The notes under the pieces are model-generated. The model ran no database searches and was not told where the DNA came from. It worked only from the letters and a program-made list of their open reading frames with translations. 64,000 nucleotides of DNA, from contig JAFXAU010000003.1 in assembly GCA_017516865.1 (NCBI GenBank), positions 11,909-75,908 of the forward strand, read 5' to 3'. Below, in pieces: positions 59,892 through 64,000 of this stretch (positions within the stretch are counted from its first letter, which is position 1; each line of letters begins with the position of its first letter). A program made the translations under genes and the position numbers. The DNA is from Bacteroidales bacterium. Lineage in GTDB: Bacteria > Bacteroidota > Bacteroidia > Bacteroidales > UBA1715.

Positions 59892-61019
59892 TTAATCCAT
59901 ATTGGATAATCGATTGAATTCCGTCATCCATAATTCAGGTACGACGCCGTTTTCGAATGATTCATAATCCTTTCGGGAGCAAGGAATTATCCTTTTCCGT
60001 CCTGTTGAGCCAATTGGAACCTCTACCCACATTGTTTGTGAAATCAATGATTCGTAAAAACAAATATCTTGCGGAAACATAGGATGTTTCAGGTAGCGTT
60101 TCAAATACATATCATCATCGGAAAAATCGCACGACTCGTTTTTTCGCTGCGAAATACCGTCGAGTACATGCCACAATATCTGCCCCGCCAATTTCTCCGA
60201 AATCTCCGCATTATCTTTTGACGGATTATATTCCGAAAGATGGAATACATTCATTCGTGGTGAATATCCTGCATACCATGCAACTTGACAAATTTGCTCA
60301 GAATACAAACCGTTTACATTCGCGCCAGCAGGATTATCAGAGTATCTGACGGCATTCATATCGAGCGAAACAATCTGCGCATCACGAATAAATGATTCCG
60401 AACTGGTAATCAACGTATTACAATCTCCAAGCCGCATATACGAATAGTTATTTTCTCTTATCAATTTATAGGCTTCGCGAGAAGAAAGATATTCTTGTAT
60501 GCCGACAAAAATAACTCGTAACAGAGGACACGCATCAACTATCTTTTGAATATATGTTTGATTGGTAAACACGTCGTCTTCCGCCCAATCAATTTGCGAA
60601 TCGACAAGACAAACAGCAGGATATGCAACCCGTCCGATTCCAGCTTTGAGTACAGGAGACAATGCTTCCTGCGTTCCTCCGAAAACGATTATCGGCTTGC
60701 CGTACAACGCCAATTGATTGACACAGAATTCAAGATTTTTATACGAATCGTCAACCGATGCACCTTTTACGCAATTTCCAACATCTATTATCATCATCGG
60801 TTTCGATGTCTGAAACAAACGATACAGACTTCGGCGGATGGCATTCGTTCCAGCCGAAACACCTACGTTATTTGAATTTCTGTCTTCAGAATAACCAATT
60901 AAAAAAGCATCGGCAGAAACCAGCAACGAATCATCGTACGACGAAACCGTCTGCACATTAAAATGAACATCATCATAATCGTTCAAAACAACGGGTTCGA
61001 GTACTTCAGACAAATCCAT
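59892..61019 (-). CDS. Arginase/formiminoglutamase-fold protein with degenerate metal-binding motifs
   Basis: The motif positions read FGGTQEA (expected GGxH), VDSQID (expected DxHxD) and SLDMNAV (expected DxD). Confidence 0.5.
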   Translation of the reverse strand: MDLSEVLEPVVLNDYDDVHFNVQTVSSYDDSLLVSADAFLIGYSEDRNSNNVGVSAGTNAIRRSLYRLFQTSKPMMIIDVGNCVKGASVDDSYKNLEFCVNQLALYGKPIIVFGGTQEALSPVLKAGIGRVAYPAVCLVDSQIDWAEDDVFTNQTYIQKIVDACPLLRVIFVGIQEYLSSREAYKLIRENNYSYMRLGDCNTLITSSESFIRDAQIVSLDMNAVRYSDNPAGANVNGLYSEQICQVAWYAGYSPRMNVFHLSEYNPSKDNAEISEKLAGQILWHVLDGISQRKNESCDFSDDDMYLKRYLKHPMFPQDICFYESLISQTMWVEVPIGSTGRKRIIPCSRKDYESFENGVVPELWMTEFNRLSNMD

Positions 61020-63511
61020 TATTTTGTCTTTTTAACTTCGGCAATTTCGTAACATTGCTGCAATGTCAAATTTTCTGGTTTGACATTCTTTGAAATTCGG
61101 AAATATTTCTTTTTGTAATATACGCATGGATGTCCCCAACGGTCAAGCATGACTTTTACATTTGCATCTTCTGGAAAATCCTTTATACTTCGCTTTTCGT
61201 CGCTTTCACGTTTACGGAGAATAATTTGCTCTGCCTCTTCTATTGTCACAGAGAAAACATCCGGGTCGTTTTTCTTTAACGAAATAAATTTGCCTTTGTG
61301 AGCCAAGAACGGTCCGAAACGCCCATTGTTCGCCATAACAGGTTCTCCCTCGAATTCGCCGACTTTACGAGGCAGCACGAACATCGTCAATGCTTCCTGT
61401 AACGTAATTGTATCAGGATTTTGTCCTTTCAGCAGGCTCACGCTTTTTTTATCGTCGTCGGTCGATTCTCCCAATTGTAAAAACTGACTGAAACGACCAT
61501 TACGTACGTATACGTTTTTACCAGTTGCAGGGTCCACGCCGAGAAGTCTGCCTTCGTTGCCTTGTTTCAACATCTTAAGTGCATCGTTCAGCGTAACTGT
61601 TTCAATTTTATATTTCTTATTGAGAGCGACGTAGATAGGTTTTTCCACATCGTCTTGTTTACCAAGCTGAACCATGGAACCGAAACGTCCAATACGCACA
61701 GAAACCTGTCGACCTGTTTCGGGGTCAACACCCAAAACACGTTCACCGTTTCCTCTCTCCGATGTTTCCATAGTTTCTTCGACACGAGAATGGAACGGTC
61801 CGTAGAATTTCGACAACATTTGAACCCAACCGATTTTTCCAACAGCGATTTCGTCAAATTCCTGTTCTACTGAAGCCGTGAAGTTGTAATCCATAATTTC
61901 GTCGAAATATTTCATCAAGAAATCGTTCACAACCATGCCGATGTCTGTCGGAAATAACTTATTTTTTTCTGTATCATAGTTCTCAGTTGCGACAGAAGCG
62001 GAAACCACTCCATTTTTCAACGTCAATTTATTATATTGACGTTTTTGTCCCGAACGGTCTTCTTTTACAATATAGCCACGTTTTTGTATGGTTGAAATTG
62101 TCGGAGCATAGGTTGACGGACGGCCGATGCCGAGTTCTTCCAACTTACGCACCAACGTTGCTTCCGTGTAACGAGGAGGATGTTGCGTAAAACGTTCCGT
62201 AGCTTCAATCGAGGCATTTTTCACAGGTGCACCGACATTCAGTGACGGCAATACAACTGCTTCGTCTTCAACCGTATCATCGTCAGAAGACTCGATATAC
62301 ATTTTCAAAAATCCGTCGAATGTGATTGTTTCACCCTTTGCTACAAAAGCCACATTTTTCAAATCTGGACTTGTAATGTTCAAAATGGTACTTTCTATTT
62401 GAGCATCAACCATTTGCGAAGCAAGAGTACGTTTACGTATCAAATCATACAGACGTTGTTCGTCGGCATTTGACGAAACAACTTCCGTGTCGATGAACGT
62501 CGGGCGAATGGCTTCGTGAGCTTCCTGTGCACCCTTCGACTTAGTTTCATACTTTCTTACCTTTGAATAATTTGCCCCGAAATTTTCGGTGATATATTTC
62601 TTTGCCGTTCCAATTGCCAAGGCAGACAAGTTAACGGAATCCGTACGCATATATGTAATTCGTCCCGATTCGTACAACTGTTGTGCTATTTGCATTGTTT
62701 TTGCAACTGGGAATGAGAATTTTCGGCTTGCTTCCTGTTGTAACGTAGACGTTGTAAACGGCGGAGCCGGATGTTTTACCGATGGTTTTTTCTCACATGA
62801 CGAAACAGAAAACGATGCCGTTTTTGCTTTTTCCAAGAATGACTCGGCATCTTTTTTCGACGTGAAGCGTTTATTTAATTCGGCGGTAAACTTATATTTT
62901 TTGCCGCCTTCTTCGTTAACGAAATCAGCAACCACACGATATGAAGACTCTGTTTTGAAAGCATTGATTTCGCGTTCGCGTTCAACAATAATACGGACAG
63001 CAACAGACTGAACACGACCGGCAGAAAGTTGCGGCTTAACTTTTTTCCAAAGAATTGGCGACAATTCAAAACCAACCAATCTATCGAGAACGCGGCGAGC
63101 TTGTTGAGCATCAACAAGTTTCAAATTAATAGTACGTGGCGATTTGAGTGATTCCACAATTGCGTCCTTTGTAATTTCATGAAACACAATACGTTTTGTG
63201 GTTTTTACAGGAAGTTTCAGCACTTCTGCCAAATGCCATGCGATGGCTTCTCCCTCGCGGTCCTCATCGGATGCTAGCCATACGGTCTTAGTTTCTTTTA
63301 CAGCTTTCCGCAGTTCTGCGACCAATTTCTTTTTATCAGAAGAAATTTCGTATAACGGAGCAAACGAGTTCTCCACGTCAATTCCTAAACCTTTCTTCTC
63401 CAAATCGCGGATATGCCCATAACTCGACATCACCGTAAAATCTTTTCCCAAGAATTTTCCGATAGTCTTTGCTTTTGCAGGAGACTCGACAATCACCAAA
63501 TTTTCCGTCAT
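61019..63511 (-). CDS. topA: DNA topoisomerase I
   Basis: Toprim LVIVESPAKAKTIGKFLG...ASDEDREGEAIAWH and active-site region YMRTDS, plus three C-terminal GRFG-type repeats. The ATG at 63511 is preferred. Confidence 0.9.
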   Translation of the reverse strand: MTENLVIVESPAKAKTIGKFLGKDFTVMSSYGHIRDLEKKGLGIDVENSFAPLYEISSDKKKLVAELRKAVKETKTVWLASDEDREGEAIAWHLAEVLKLPVKTTKRIVFHEITKDAIVESLKSPRTINLKLVDAQQARRVLDRLVGFELSPILWKKVKPQLSAGRVQSVAVRIIVEREREINAFKTESSYRVVADFVNEEGGKKYKFTAELNKRFTSKKDAESFLEKAKTASFSVSSCEKKPSVKHPAPPFTTSTLQQEASRKFSFPVAKTMQIAQQLYESGRITYMRTDSVNLSALAIGTAKKYITENFGANYSKVRKYETKSKGAQEAHEAIRPTFIDTEVVSSNADEQRLYDLIRKRTLASQMVDAQIESTILNITSPDLKNVAFVAKGETITFDGFLKMYIESSDDDTVEDEAVVLPSLNVGAPVKNASIEATERFTQHPPRYTEATLVRKLEELGIGRPSTYAPTISTIQKRGYIVKEDRSGQKRQYNKLTLKNGVVSASVATENYDTEKNKLFPTDIGMVVNDFLMKYFDEIMDYNFTASVEQEFDEIAVGKIGWVQMLSKFYGPFHSRVEETMETSERGNGERVLGVDPETGRQVSVRIGRFGSMVQLGKQDDVEKPIYVALNKKYKIETVTLNDALKMLKQGNEGRLLGVDPATGKNVYVRNGRFSQFLQLGESTDDDKKSVSLLKGQNPDTITLQEALTMFVLPRKVGEFEGEPVMANNGRFGPFLAHKGKFISLKKNDPDVFSVTIEEAEQIILRKRESDEKRSIKDFPEDANVKVMLDRWGHPCVYYKKKYFRISKNVKPENLTLQQCYEIAEVKKTK

Positions 63512-63853
63512 TTCGTTTCTTTCCTTTTTAGATTCAATTTTCAAAAACCGACATGCATACATTATAATCGGTTCAAATTCGGCTACAAAAATACATTTTT
63601 TTTGAAACATGAAAGTTGAAACGAAAAAATAGGAGCATTTTATCTCGAAATTCTACAGTTTTATTTCTTCAATCCGACACTCTTTTCAATAAAAATAAAA
63701 TATGGTCTACAATAATTATTTACGAACCACAAAGAAGACTTATTCTTAATGAATAAGCTTAAATGACAATTCCGATTTTTCAAGAACTCTTTCTTATATT
63801 TTTATCTCTTTTTTCAATAATCATTGTATTTTTGCGACACAATTACAAAAACA

Positions 63854-64000
63854 ATGGAAAAAATCATCATTTTAGACTTCGGCTCGCAGACGACACAGCT
63901 CATAGGTCGCCGTGTCCGCGAATTAGACATGTTCTGCGAAATCGTTCCCTACAACAAGTTTCCGAAAGACGACAAGGACGTTATCGGTGTGATTTTAAGC
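63854..64000 (+). CDS. guaA: GMP synthase (glutamine-hydrolysing), first 49 codons only
   Basis: [34 protein letters not shown] is the classic GuaA GATase N-terminus. Truncated by the window end. Confidence 0.8.
   Translation, partial: MEKIIILDFGSQTTQLIGRRVRELDMFCEIVPYNKFPKDDKDVIGVILS

Noticed and set aside
1-64000. Search for CRISPR arrays, tRNA/rRNA/tmRNA genes, integrases, transposases or IS ends
   Set aside because: No regularly spaced repeats, no tRNA-like T-arm/acceptor patterns, and no recombinase or transposase signatures were seen in any frame. The island borders therefore cannot be tied to a mobile element.

Overview
This 64-kb chromosomal segment looks Bacteroidota/Bacteroidales-like. 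Evidence: TAnnTTTG-type -7 promoter boxes instead of -10/-35, no Shine-Dalgarno sequences, T9SS C-terminal sorting domains, and typical family content. I found no rRNA, tRNA, CRISPR array, integrase or transposase.

Layout, left to right:
- 1-13.9 kb: accessory metabolic genes. They include a tightly coupled five-gene operon led by a glycosyltransferase-radical SAM/SPASM fusion, and several small redox/detox operons that share an AraC-like upstream motif.
- 14.0-23.9 kb: a visibly AT-richer defence island. It holds a methylase plus specificity subunit with no HsdR, an ABC-ATPase-Toprim protein, a small ORF coupled to a GmrSD-like gene, a Fic protein, and gene fragments.
- 24-41 kb: mixed accessory genes. 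These are an AraC/thioesterase/flavodoxin set, an AlbA_2 regulator, a BspA-like LRR T9SS protein, Abi_2, HEPN-MNT, secreted T9SS proteins, repeat elements and a candidate sRNA.
- 41.6-50.2 kb: the most interesting locus. A minus-strand operon joins a family-2 (cNMP-domain, 2B-type) encapsulin shell and its SufS-type cysteine desulfurase cargo to a full protein-thiocarboxylate sulfur-relay set. That set is ThiS-like, MoeB/ThiF E1, DsrE-like, TusA-like, JAMM protease, cysK (frameshifted) and cysE. A MetY-like gene is transcribed divergently.
- 50-64 kb: housekeeping genes (rlmI, PPIase, pheS, MATE, GH43, topA, guaA start).

All functional calls rest on motifs and remembered family signatures read from the translations. 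No database search was run.
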